Below, piece after piece: positions 9,783-17,752 of a DNA stretch of 32,000 nucleotides. The notes beneath the pieces were generated by a model. It was not told where the DNA came from. It ran no database searches and saw nothing but the letters and a program-made list of their open reading frames with translations. The stretch spans positions 1,530,001-1,562,000 of the forward strand of contig CP126532.1 of NCBI GenBank assembly GCA_030167145.1, read 5' to 3'. The DNA is from Ktedonobacterales bacterium (GTDB taxonomy: Bacteria; Chloroflexota; Ktedonobacteria; Ktedonobacterales; JADMIN01). Within the stretch, counting starts at the first letter, position 1, and every line of letters starts with the position of its first letter. The position numbers and the translations under genes are program-made.

Positions 9783-9820
9783 GTAGAGGCGTCCGGTGGA
9801 CGTCCGCCGGGGGTTAGGTC
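9783..9820 (+). repeat. GTAG-headed hairpin repeat with conserved tail CCGGGGGTTAGGTC
   Basis: GTAGAGGCGTCCGGTGGACGTCCGCCGGGGGTTAGGTC, 24 nt after the dehydrogenase stop. The tail is shared with copies at 15263, 31015 and 31065. Confidence 0.7.
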
Positions 9821-9827
9821 AAAAAAA

Positions 9828-9857
9828 TTGCCCGATGCTGGCGCGGGGTGTTAGAAT
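9828..9857 (+). promoter_or_regulatory. promoter candidate for fabI (A-tract, TTGCCC-N18-TGT-TAGAAT extended -10)
   Basis: AAAAAAA then TTGCCC (9828-9833), 18-nt spacer ending in TGT, then TAGAAT (9852-9857), about 90 nt upstream of fabI. Confidence 0.4.
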
Positions 9858-9946
9858 GAGCGCGGCTACATAGCAGCCTCACCAACAGCAAGCAAACGTG
9901 CCCGCCCGTGTTGTGCTTCTGGGCGCGTTGAAGTGGAGGGATATCC

Positions 9947-10729
9947 GTGGCGAACTTCGAAGGCAAGACCGCATTGATTTTCGGCATTGCCAACCACAAT
10001 AGCGTCGCCTGGCCAATCACGCAGAAACTGGCCGAACAGGGCGCGCGGCTCGCCCTGACCTATCAGGAGCGCATGGAGCAAAACGTCCGCAAGCTTGCCG
10101 CCACGCTCCCCGGCTCCCCGCTGGTGCTGCCCTGCGACGTGCAGAAAGACGAAGACCTCGACGCCGTCTTCGATACGGTCGGCAAAGACCTCGGTGGACT
10201 CGATATTCTGATCCACAGCGTCGCCTACGCCCCCACCGACGATCTGCGTGGGCGCGTCTCGCACTCCTCACGTGCGGGCTTCCTCACCGCTCTCGACATC
10301 AGCGCCTACTCCTTGATAGCCATGGGCAAGCGCGCCGAACCGCTGATGCAGCCGCGCGGTGGCGGCAGCATCGTCGCCATGACCTACCTCGGCGCTGAGC
10401 GTGTCGTCCCTGGCTATAATCTGATGGGCATCGCCAAAGCCGCGCTCGAAGCCTCGATTCGCTATCTGGCCTGGGATCTCGGCCCCGCCGGTATCCGCGT
10501 CAATGGCATCTCAGCCGGACCCATGCGCACTCTCTCCGCGCGCGGCGTCGGCAACATCAACGACATGTTCACCCTGATCGAGCAGGTCGCGCCGCTGCGC
10601 CGCAACATGTCGCAGGATGATGTCGCCGATCTCGCGCTCTTCCTCTGCTCCGAGCAGGCGCGCAATCTCACCGGCAGCATCGAACATCTCGATAGCGGCT
10701 TCCACATCATGGGCCTGGGCACGATGTAG
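9947..10729 (+). CDS. fabI: enoyl-[acyl-carrier-protein] reductase (NADH), FabI
   Basis: 260 aa. GKTALIFGIANHNSVAW N-terminus and YNLMGIAKAALEASIRYLA (Tyr-x6-Lys) typical of FabI. GTG start with GGAGGG RBS. Confidence 0.9.
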   Translation: MANFEGKTALIFGIANHNSVAWPITQKLAEQGARLALTYQERMEQNVRKLAATLPGSPLVLPCDVQKDEDLDAVFDTVGKDLGGLDILIHSVAYAPTDDLRGRVSHSSRAGFLTALDISAYSLIAMGKRAEPLMQPRGGGSIVAMTYLGAERVVPGYNLMGIAKAALEASIRYLAWDLGPAGIRVNGISAGPMRTLSARGVGNINDMFTLIEQVAPLRRNMSQDDVADLALFLCSEQARNLTGSIEHLDSGFHIMGLGTM

Positions 10730-10763
10730 CGCAGTAGTACATTTCGCGAGGGCTTGCACGCGC

Positions 10764-11408
10764 ATGGAGATTCCAGAGCACGACACACCACAACAAACCG
10801 GCAGCGACACGACGCATACCCCACCACCCGGCATCGCCGGTCTCCTCAAAGACCGCAACTCCGTCGTGCGGATCATCGCCGTGTTCCTGGTCGTCGTCAC
10901 CGTCGTCGTGCTGGCTCGTGCGCTGCTCACCCCCACCTCGCAGCCTGCCAGCGGTGTGACGGGCACCCCCGCGCCCGCCGCGCCGCTCGCCGGCCATTAT
11001 GCGCCCAACATCACCCTGCTCGACCTCTCCGGAAAATCAATCCAGCTTTCGAGCCTGCGCGGCAAGGTCGTCGTCCTCAACTTCTGGTACGTCGCCTGCG
11101 CCCCCTGCCAGTTCGAGATGCCCGCCCTCGAAAAGACCTACCTGAAAGACAACGCCAGCGGCCTAGTCGTTGTCGGCGTCAACACCGCCGATGATGCGCA
11201 AACCATCCTGGATTTCACCGGCAAGCTCGGCGTCACTTACCCCATCTGGCGCGATACGGGTCTGAACGCCGTCGTCACCTACCGCATCGTCGCCACCCCC
11301 ACCACCTTCGTCATAGACCGCGATGGTGTCATCCGCTACAAAATCACCGGCCCGGTAGACCAGAAAACCCTCACCGCCGACGTCACCGCCCTGATCGCCG
11401 CCCATTAG
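10764..11408 (+). CDS. membrane-anchored TlpA/ResA-family thiol-disulfide oxidoreductase
   Basis: TM anchor (VVRIIAVFLVVVTVVVLA). Thioredoxin fold with WYVACAPCQFEMP (CxxC). Start at ATG 10764, because the track start at 10617 overlaps fabI. Confidence 0.85.
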   Translation: MEIPEHDTPQQTGSDTTHTPPPGIAGLLKDRNSVVRIIAVFLVVVTVVVLARALLTPTSQPASGVTGTPAPAAPLAGHYAPNITLLDLSGKSIQLSSLRGKVVVLNFWYVACAPCQFEMPALEKTYLKDNASGLVVVGVNTADDAQTILDFTGKLGVTYPIWRDTGLNAVVTYRIVATPTTFVIDRDGVIRYKITGPVDQKTLTADVTALIAAH

Positions 11409-11668
11409 CCATTGCTCTCTGCGATCTCCTCCCCGATCATCTCCTCCATCTGCTCGCTCGTTAGCGGTTCGCCATGCTGGATGCTGCCAACCACATCCCA
11501 GAACGCATGCCAGCGGCGCTCATACTCCTCCGCAGTGAGCGCTTTCTGTGTCGCGGGCAGCCAGTTGAGTAGCGTGCCGAGCATTTCATCCGGGCTTCGG
11601 TCTGCTGCTCGCGCCGCCGCCGCCAGTCGAGCGTACTGCTCATCATTTAGCGTGATTGCGTGTGCCAT
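11405..11668 (-). CDS. small hypothetical protein, ribbon-helix-helix/antitoxin-like N-terminus
   Basis: 87 aa. Strong RBS (GGGAGGTG 4-5 nt before ATG 11668). N-terminus AITLNDEQYARLAAAARAADRSPDEML resembles RHH antitoxins. No toxin partner is adjacent. Confidence 0.55.
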   Translation of the reverse strand: MAHAITLNDEQYARLAAAARAADRSPDEMLGTLLNWLPATQKALTAEEYERRWHAFWDVVGSIQHGEPLTSEQMEEMIGEEIAESNG

Positions 11669-11738
11669 CACCCACCTCCCGTTGATGTCATTGGTTCTTC
11701 CTCAGTATATCGCTTCCGCGTGCTTCTTCCACCATTGC

Positions 11739-12554
11739 TTACGCCAGCCGCCAGCGCTCCGTCCCCGTCGCATCGGCCTCGCGCGCCACCCGCCCTTCGC
11801 GTTCCAGCTTCAGCAGATGCGCCGTCAGCGAGAGCGCCGCCATCGGATGCAGGCGCGGGTCCACATCCGCGTAGATGCTCGCCACCAGCGCATCCACCGT
11901 CACCGGCCCAGCGGCCAACCCCGCCAGCACCTGCGCCTCGCGCTCATTGCGGTGGGCGATGTACTGTTCCAGCAGCGTGCGCGGCTCGTCAATCTGCGGC
12001 CCGTGCGCAGGCAGAATCACCCGTAGCTCCAGCGCCAGCAGCCGCCGCAACGACGCCATATACTCCGCCAGATCGCCCTCTGGCGGCGCAATCACCACCG
12101 TCCCCACGCCCGCCACCAGATCCCCCGCGAAGAGCGCCCCCGCATCCTCCAGCAGAAAGCACAGATGATCGAAGCGGTGCCCCGGCGTATGCAGCGCGCG
12201 CACCTGCCGTCCGCCTATGAGAAACACCTGCTCATCCGCCAGCAGCGCATCCGCCTGTGGCGACCCCGCGCGGCTCCACGCCAGCACCGGCGCGCCCGTC
12301 AACTCGCGCAGCCGCGCTGCCCCCTCCACATGATCGGGGTGCCCGTGGGTAATCAGAATCGCGTTCAGCCCGCCGCGCGCCTCCGCCATCTCGGCAATCT
12401 TCGTCAGATGCCCCGCATCCTCTGGCCCAGGATCAATCACCACACACCCGCCATGGCCCTCACCAGCAGCGATCAGATAGGTATTCGTGCCTGGCCCCGT
12501 CAGCAGCGACGGATTCGGCGCCAGGATCAACTCCACCCCATTGGGCAGCCCCAT
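11739..12554 (-). CDS. MBL-fold metallo-hydrolase (LACTB2/glyoxalase II-like)
   Basis: ITHGHPDH (HxHxDH), later HTPGH and a C-terminal winged-helix-like tail. Start set at ATG 12554 (GGGAGG 6-7 nt upstream) rather than 12590. Confidence 0.85.
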   Translation of the reverse strand: MGLPNGVELILAPNPSLLTGPGTNTYLIAAGEGHGGCVVIDPGPEDAGHLTKIAEMAEARGGLNAILITHGHPDHVEGAARLRELTGAPVLAWSRAGSPQADALLADEQVFLIGGRQVRALHTPGHRFDHLCFLLEDAGALFAGDLVAGVGTVVIAPPEGDLAEYMASLRRLLALELRVILPAHGPQIDEPRTLLEQYIAHRNEREAQVLAGLAAGPVTVDALVASIYADVDPRLHPMAALSLTAHLLKLEREGRVAREADATGTERWRLA

Positions 12555-12579
12555 CGCGCGCCTCCCTTCCAAATCCTCG

Positions 12580-13347
12580 CTACTCCTCATCCGGCAGCAA
12601 GATCACATCCTGCCCGTCGCGCTTCACGACCCGCGGCATGATCGTCTGCGGCGTCCCCGCGAATCGCGTCCGCGCCGCCGCGACATTCGCCAGCCCGCTC
12701 AGCTCGCGCAATTGGTGAATCGTCGCGAACACCAGCGGGAATTCGCCGCACTCGAAGTCCGCCAGCGCGGCTTCCGGCATCACCCACACCCCCGCCGTCG
12801 TCTCCAATTCATCATGCGCGGCCTGCTGCCCCACCGGCATCTCCGCCAGAAAGAAGTGCGTATCGAATCGTTTGGGAAACGCCTCCGGCGTAATCCAGTG
12901 CGCCCAATGCACCAGCGTATCCGTCGCCAGCGTCAGTCCTTCGCGCTCAGCCACCTGCCCCAGCGTCACCGTCCCCCGCTGCGACTCCTCCCGATAGACC
13001 GCGAAGCGTGCCACATCACTCGACCCGATAGCCAGTGGCTCACCAGCCCGCCGCGCCAGCAGCACCCCCGCCTCCTCGAAGCATTCCCGCAGCGCCGCCA
13101 CGCGGAATCCCGTGCCCAGCGCCGCCGCTCCCGCATCATCCTCCACCGGAGCCACCAGCCCTGGCTGCTGCTCCGTCGCCACATCACCAGGGCTGACCGA
13201 CCCGCCAGGAAACACGAAGGCGTCGGGTACAAACTCGCTGCGGATATGCCGCCGCACCATGAATATCTCGATACCACCGCCCGCCCGCTCGCGAGCCAGC
13301 GCCACAGCCGCCGCGCGGCGCGGCGTCACCGGATCCGATGCCGACAT
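12580..13347 (-). CDS. NUDIX hydrolase
   Basis: Nudix box FPGGSV...AALRECFEEAGVLLA. Start set at ATG 13347 because GGGAGG sits 6 nt upstream (the 13362 ATG lies inside that RBS). Same strand and immediately upstream of the MBL gene. Confidence 0.8.
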   Translation of the reverse strand: MSASDPVTPRRAAAVALARERAGGGIEIFMVRRHIRSEFVPDAFVFPGGSVSPGDVATEQQPGLVAPVEDDAGAAALGTGFRVAALRECFEEAGVLLARRAGEPLAIGSSDVARFAVYREESQRGTVTLGQVAEREGLTLATDTLVHWAHWITPEAFPKRFDTHFFLAEMPVGQQAAHDELETTAGVWVMPEAALADFECGEFPLVFATIHQLRELSGLANVAAARTRFAGTPQTIMPRVVKRDGQDVILLPDEE

Positions 13348-13628
13348 ACAAACCTCCCACATTCGCCCGGATCGCCGCGCGGGTGCGTTTACCTTGCGCC
13401 CCTACAGTGACGGCCCGCATGTATCCGCATCGTATCATACGCCAGACAAGAAATCGGTAATAACACTAAAGTCCTGCCAGGACTGGCGTACCGTCACGTT
13501 GACGTTCCCTTCTTCGCTCGCTATACTTGCCCAACGGACACACAATCTGCCGAAAGGTGAGAGCAGCCGTCTGGAAGCGCAACGGCGCGCGGGGATGCGG
13601 CGGGGAAAATGGGGAAGCAGGCGTCAGT

Positions 13629-15221
13629 ATGGCGGATGGTTTAGACGCGCTACCAGTTGGCACTGTCGTACGCGAGCGCTATCGGATCGTTGCGGTCGTG
13701 GGCCGTGGTGGCCTCGGCACCGTCTATCAAGTGACCGACATCATCTTTGGCAAGCAGAACGTCTTTGCCCTCAAAGAACTCTTAGACCAATCTTCTGGCG
13801 CACGCAAACAATTCGAGTTAGAGAGCCAGTGGCTCCAATCTCTCGACCACAACCACATCCCCAAGGTGCGCGAGCACTTCCGCTGGGCCAATCGCCTCTA
13901 TCTCGTCATGGACTTTGTAGACGGCGAAAACCTCGACCAGAAACTCATGCGCCACAGCGGTCGCCCGCTCCCAGAGCAGCAGTTGCTCGGCTGGACCTTC
14001 CCCATCTGCGACGCCCTCCACTACCTGCACACGCGCATGCCCCCGATCTTGCATCGCGATGTCAAGCCCGCCAACATCATCGTCACGCCTGCTGGCTATC
14101 CCGTGCTGGTGGATCTCGGCATCGCCAAAGAACACCTCCCCGGCGCGGACCAGACGCTCACCTTCGTTCGCAAAGCCGGCACCGAAGGCTACGCCCCGCC
14201 CGAACAATACGCCACTGGTGGGCAGACCGGTCCCTGGTCCGATGTCTATGGCCTCGGCGCGACACTCTATCACCTGCTCACTGGTCGCGTGCCCCCCACC
14301 GCCGTCGAGCGCGTCGCCCTGGATCAGCATCTCATCCATCCTCGCACCATCAATCCTGCCGTCTCGTCCAGCGTAGATGCCGCGATCTGCCAGGCGCTGG
14401 CCCTCCGCCCCGCTGATCGTTTCCAGACGATGATCGAGTTCGCCCGCGCGCTCAACGCGCCCACCAGTGCCCCCAGCTACGCTCCGCGCTCCGCCCCGCC
14501 AACGCCCGCGCCAGCCTCACAGCCACCGCGCAGCCAGCCCACGCCGCCAGCATTCCAGCGGGTGCAGCCATCCTTCGGCACCGACCAGTTGCCGTCGCTC
14601 TCGCCCACGCCACCCCGCCCGCCCTCGGCGCTGGGCAGCCGTCCAAGCGCCCCGCCCTCCGGCCGCCTGCGCCCCTCCGAAGCGCCTGCCCTTATGCCTG
14701 TGACTGCCGCTGTCACACGGGCATCCACCGACTTCGGCAGCCTACCCACAGAGCAAACAGACGTCACGGAACGTACCACATTCCCCACGGCGGCGCGCAA
14801 ACGGCGGCGCATCATCCTCAGCGTGGGTGTGGCGAGCATCGTGCTCGTCGCCATTGCCCTGGGCATAGTCTTGGTCTCCAGCGCAACACCGCCCGACCGC
14901 TCCACACCGGCTGCCACCGTCAACGGCTACTTCGCCGCGCTTGCCGCGCAAGACTACAATCGCGCCTGGCTGTATTCCGCCAGTAGCCGGAACAACGTCA
15001 GCTCTAAAGCGGACTTCATCGCCAATCTGCGCTCAGATGATGTCTTGCTTGGCCAGGTCACACACGCCACCATCAGGCAATCCAGCGAGGACTCCACCGG
15101 CAAAGTCACCGTCATTGCGGATGTCACCCGTACCGGCTCCGGTTCCGTCGTCAGCTATACCCTCAACCTCTCGCAATACGACGGCAGCACCTGGCTCATC
15201 AACAACATCACCTCCTCCTGA
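13629..15221 (+). CDS. Hanks-type serine/threonine protein kinase with Pro-rich linker, one TM helix and a small extracellular domain
   Basis: GRGGLGTVYQV...FALKEL (ATP site), HRDVKPANII, DLGIAKE, GTEGYAPPE. About 110-aa Pro/Ser/Ala linker, TM (ILSVGVASIVLVAIALGIVLV), then a 120-aa NTF2-like ectodomain. Start at ATG 13629 (MADGLDAL). Confidence 0.88.
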   Translation: MADGLDALPVGTVVRERYRIVAVVGRGGLGTVYQVTDIIFGKQNVFALKELLDQSSGARKQFELESQWLQSLDHNHIPKVREHFRWANRLYLVMDFVDGENLDQKLMRHSGRPLPEQQLLGWTFPICDALHYLHTRMPPILHRDVKPANIIVTPAGYPVLVDLGIAKEHLPGADQTLTFVRKAGTEGYAPPEQYATGGQTGPWSDVYGLGATLYHLLTGRVPPTAVERVALDQHLIHPRTINPAVSSSVDAAICQALALRPADRFQTMIEFARALNAPTSAPSYAPRSAPPTPAPASQPPRSQPTPPAFQRVQPSFGTDQLPSLSPTPPRPPSALGSRPSAPPSGRLRPSEAPALMPVTAAVTRASTDFGSLPTEQTDVTERTTFPTAARKRRRIILSVGVASIVLVAIALGIVLVSSATPPDRSTPAATVNGYFAALAAQDYNRAWLYSASSRNNVSSKADFIANLRSDDVLLGQVTHATIRQSSEDSTGKVTVIADVTRTGSGSVVSYTLNLSQYDGSTWLINNITSS

Positions 15222-15235
15222 GCGTGCAGCCGTTC

Positions 15236-15275
15236 CTCCTCCCCTTCCCTCGTAGGGAAGGGGCCGGGGGTTAGG
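15236..15275 (+). repeat. hairpin repeat CCCCTTCCC-tcgta-GGGAAGGGG plus tail CCGGGGGTTAGGTTC (terminator-like)
   Basis: Perfect 9-bp stem at 15241-15249 / 15255-15263, with the loop carrying GTAG, 20 nt after the kinase stop. The tail is shared with 9806, 31015 and 31065. Confidence 0.7.
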
Positions 15276-15361
15276 TTCTCTGCGCGCCTCGCTCATGCGC
15301 TGTGAGATACAATATCCTCATGGCAACCTCTGAGTAGCACGAGCGGAAATGGACGATTGCG

Positions 15362-16414
15362 ATGGCCCCTGGCAGGCGTGTCAGGCTCACCACCCTCGCG
15401 AGCTGCGCGGGCTGAGCCTCCAAGATGGGCGCGGACGCCCTGACGCACGTGTTGCGCCCCCTCACCGGCATCTTCGGAGAAGCCGTACCCGACCTGCTCG
15501 TCGGCCTGCATAGCGCCGACGACGCCGCCGTCTATCGCCTGAATAGCGAGCAGGCAATTGTCGCCACCACCGACTTTTTCCCGCCCGTGGTAGACGACCC
15601 CTACACCTTCGGCGCCATTGCCGCCGCCAACGCCCTCAGCGACATCTACGCCATGGGCGGCGATCCGCTCTTCTGCCTCAACCTCGTCGCCTTCCCCGAC
15701 GACCTCGACCCCGCCATCCTCACCGACATCCTGCGCGGCGGCGCGGAGAAGGTCCGCGAGGCGGGCGCGGTCGTCGCCGGTGGCCACACCGTCACCGATA
15801 CCGAGCCGAAATATGGTCTCGCCGCCATCGGCCTGGTTCACCCCGACCGCATCTGGACCAAAGGCGGCGCGCGTCCTGGCGATCTGCTGCTGCTCACCAA
15901 GCCGCTGGGAACCGGCGTCATCACCACCGCGCTGAAGCACGAGGCCGTGCGCGACACCGACCTTGCCGCCGCCGTCGCCAGCATGACCACCCTCAACGCC
16001 ACCGCCGCGCGCACAGTGCGCCCCTTTGGCCTCGCCATCCACGCCGCCACCGACATCACCGGCTTCGGCCTGCTCGGCCACGCCTACGAAATGGCGGAGC
16101 AGAGCGCCGTGGGCATCAGCCTCACCATGTCGCAGATTCCCCTGCTCCCCGGCGCGCTCGATTACGCCGCCAGCGGCCACATCCCTGGCGGCACGCAGCG
16201 CAACCGCGATCACCTCACCAGCCATGTCACCTTCGCCGACGCCATTACCGAAACTGAGCGCACGCTGCTCTTCGACCCGCAAACCTCCGGCGGCCTGCTC
16301 GTCGCGCTCGCCCCCGATGCCTTCGACGCCGCGCGTGATGCCCTGCTAGCCGCAGGCGTCGCGTGCTATCATATCGGCGGTGTCGTCACGGGCAGCGGCA
16401 TCGCGGTAGCGTGA
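15362..16414 (+). CDS. selD: selenide, water dikinase SelD, selenocysteine-containing (TGA 15413-15415 read as Sec)
   Basis: The track ORF (15425..16414) matches SelD throughout (DDAAVY, TTDFFPPVVDDPYTFGAIAAANALSDIYAMGG, AGGHT, LTKPLGTG, TDITGFGLLGH, DPQTSGGLL). Upstream in the same frame: ATG15362 MAPGRRVRLTTLASCAG-TGA-ASKMGADAL. This aligns with E. coli RLTQYSHGAGC17GCK20ISPKVL, with the TGA at the Cys17 position. Confidence 0.85.
15420..15477 (+). promoter_or_regulatory. SECIS-like stem-loop downstream of the selD UGA
   Basis: GGGCG-cgga-CGCCC hairpin at 15427-15440 begins 12 nt after the UGA and has GG in the loop. Alternative extended pairings are GGGCGC(15427-32)/GCGCCC(15454-59) and AAGATG(15422-27)/CATCTT(15469-74). 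Confidence 0.5.
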
Positions 16415-16437
16415 CACAGCGGAGGCGAGCGTAACAC

Positions 16438-17157
16438 ATGGCATCGGATATCGCGCACGGCGCACAGCTTGGCGACCTCGAATCCGCCCTCGGCCACAGC
16501 TTCGCCAACCGCCAGTTGTTGCTCGATGCGCTGACCCACCGCTCCTACGTCTATGAATACCCCGCCCCCGACGTCACCTCCAATGAGCGGCTGGAGTTCC
16601 TCGGCGACGCCGTCCTCGGTCTCATCACTTCTGACCTGCTCTTCACCAGCATCCCCGACGCCACCGAAGGCGACCTCACCAATCTGCGCGCCGCGCTGGT
16701 CCGCGCCTCCACCCTTGCCGCCTTTGCCCGCGCCATCAACCTCAGCCCGCACCTGCGCCTCGGTCGCGGCGAAGAAGCCACCGGTGGGCGCGAGCGCGAG
16801 CTACTCATCGCCCGCGCCATGGAAGCGCTGATCGGCGCGCTCTACCTCGACGGTGGCATGGCCGAAACCCGCCGCGTGCTGGAACCACTGCTGCGCGCCG
16901 AGCTTGACCGCGTGCGCGCCCGCCAGCACATAAAAGACGACAAATCGCTGCTACAAGAGCTGGCCCAGGGTCAGCTTGGCGTCACGCCCACCTATCGCGT
17001 CGCCGCCGCCGATGGTCCCTCGCACGACCGCCACTTTATCATTGAAGTGCTGCTGGGCGATCTCGTCGTCGGGCGTGGCGAAGGCCGCAGCAAACGCCAG
17101 GCCGAGCAGGCCGCCGCTCACGCCGCCCTCCAGGACGACGGCTGGCAGCCGCGATAA
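16438..17157 (+). CDS. rnc: ribonuclease III
   Basis: 239 aa. RNase III signature ERLEFLGDAVLG, catalytic MEALIGALYLDGG region and a C-terminal dsRBD (KSLLQELAQ...GEGRSKRQAEQAAA). 23 nt after selD, so probably co-transcribed. Confidence 0.92.
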   Translation: MASDIAHGAQLGDLESALGHSFANRQLLLDALTHRSYVYEYPAPDVTSNERLEFLGDAVLGLITSDLLFTSIPDATEGDLTNLRAALVRASTLAAFARAINLSPHLRLGRGEEATGGRERELLIARAMEALIGALYLDGGMAETRRVLEPLLRAELDRVRARQHIKDDKSLLQELAQGQLGVTPTYRVAAADGPSHDRHFIIEVLLGDLVVGRGEGRSKRQAEQAAAHAALQDDGWQPR

Positions 17158-17259
17158 CCACCGCTACATGTGTCTGCCAGGATGCCATCCATCGTCATCC
17201 GCATATAATGGCGGTGGATGCAGGCTTTGGCGACGGATGGCGCGATTCCTCTTTGTTGC

Positions 17260-17289
17260 TTGACCTCAGCCGTCCGCTCCATCCATAAT
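17260..17289 (+). promoter_or_regulatory. promoter candidate (TTGACC-N18-CATAAT) upstream of the hairpin array and RM gene
   Basis: TTGACC at 17260-17265, 18-nt spacer, CATAAT at 17284-17289. It would give a ~460-nt leader containing the repeats before ATG 17753. Confidence 0.3.
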
Positions 17290-17426
17290 GCGACGTACCA
17301 GTGTATCGCGCCGTGCCATTGTGCGCCGGGGCGAGATTCTAGTAATTTGAGGTTCCAGCTGAAGGCCGGGGCTAATCCCGTAGCGAGAGGCCAGCGGGTG
17401 GCGAGCGAGGGAGTGGGTGGGAGCTC

Positions 17427-17712
17427 GTAGCATGAATGCCACGGGTAATCATGGTAGCGAGCGGTCATCTGGTGAAGAACAGGGGAGACGTGCGGACGGA
17501 ATTAGCCCCGGCATTCATGCTGGGAAATTGCTATTATGGAGATACCGCCCCGCGCGGCTAATCGTGCGAACGTGATGAGCCCCGGCATTCATGCTGGGAG
17601 CTCGCCCTATCGCCCACGCTCGCCCCGCGCGACAATCGTTCGCACAGGATTATCCGTGGCATTTATGCCACGAGCCAGCAATTCGGAATTATCCGTGGCA
17701 TTCATGCCACGT
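17427..17712 (+). repeat. array of five related hairpin elements (xxGGCATTYATGCCxx cores), three of them on a ~74-bp tandem period
   Basis: Cores: GTAGCATGAATGCCACGG (17427). AGCCCCGGCATTCATGCTGGGA (17504 and 17578). ATCCGTGGCATTTATGCCACGA (17652). ATCCGTGGCATTCATGCCACG (17691). A second module, GCCCCGCGCG..AATCGT, repeats at 17547 and 17622. Confidence 0.8.
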
Positions 17713-17752
17713 TGCTCAATAACCACCATATTCAGTAAGGAGCGCCGCCACT

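Noticed and set aside
15413-15415. Treating this TGA as a genuine stop, with SelD starting at Met 15425 as in the ORF track.
   Set aside because: The 21 codons upstream are in frame and start with ATG. They reproduce the conserved SelD N-terminal loop, with the TGA exactly at the catalytic Cys/Sec position, and a hairpin follows at SECIS distance.
17499-17715. Possible small CRISPR array: ~28-nt hairpin repeats with ~74-bp periodicity upstream of the RM gene.
   Set aside because: There are only 3-4 copies, and the repeats differ from each other in the stem. The inter-repeat 'spacers' are themselves homologous (GCCCCGCGCG..AATCGT at 17547 and 17622), so this is a diverged tandem duplication and not repeat-spacer architecture. 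No cas genes are in the window.
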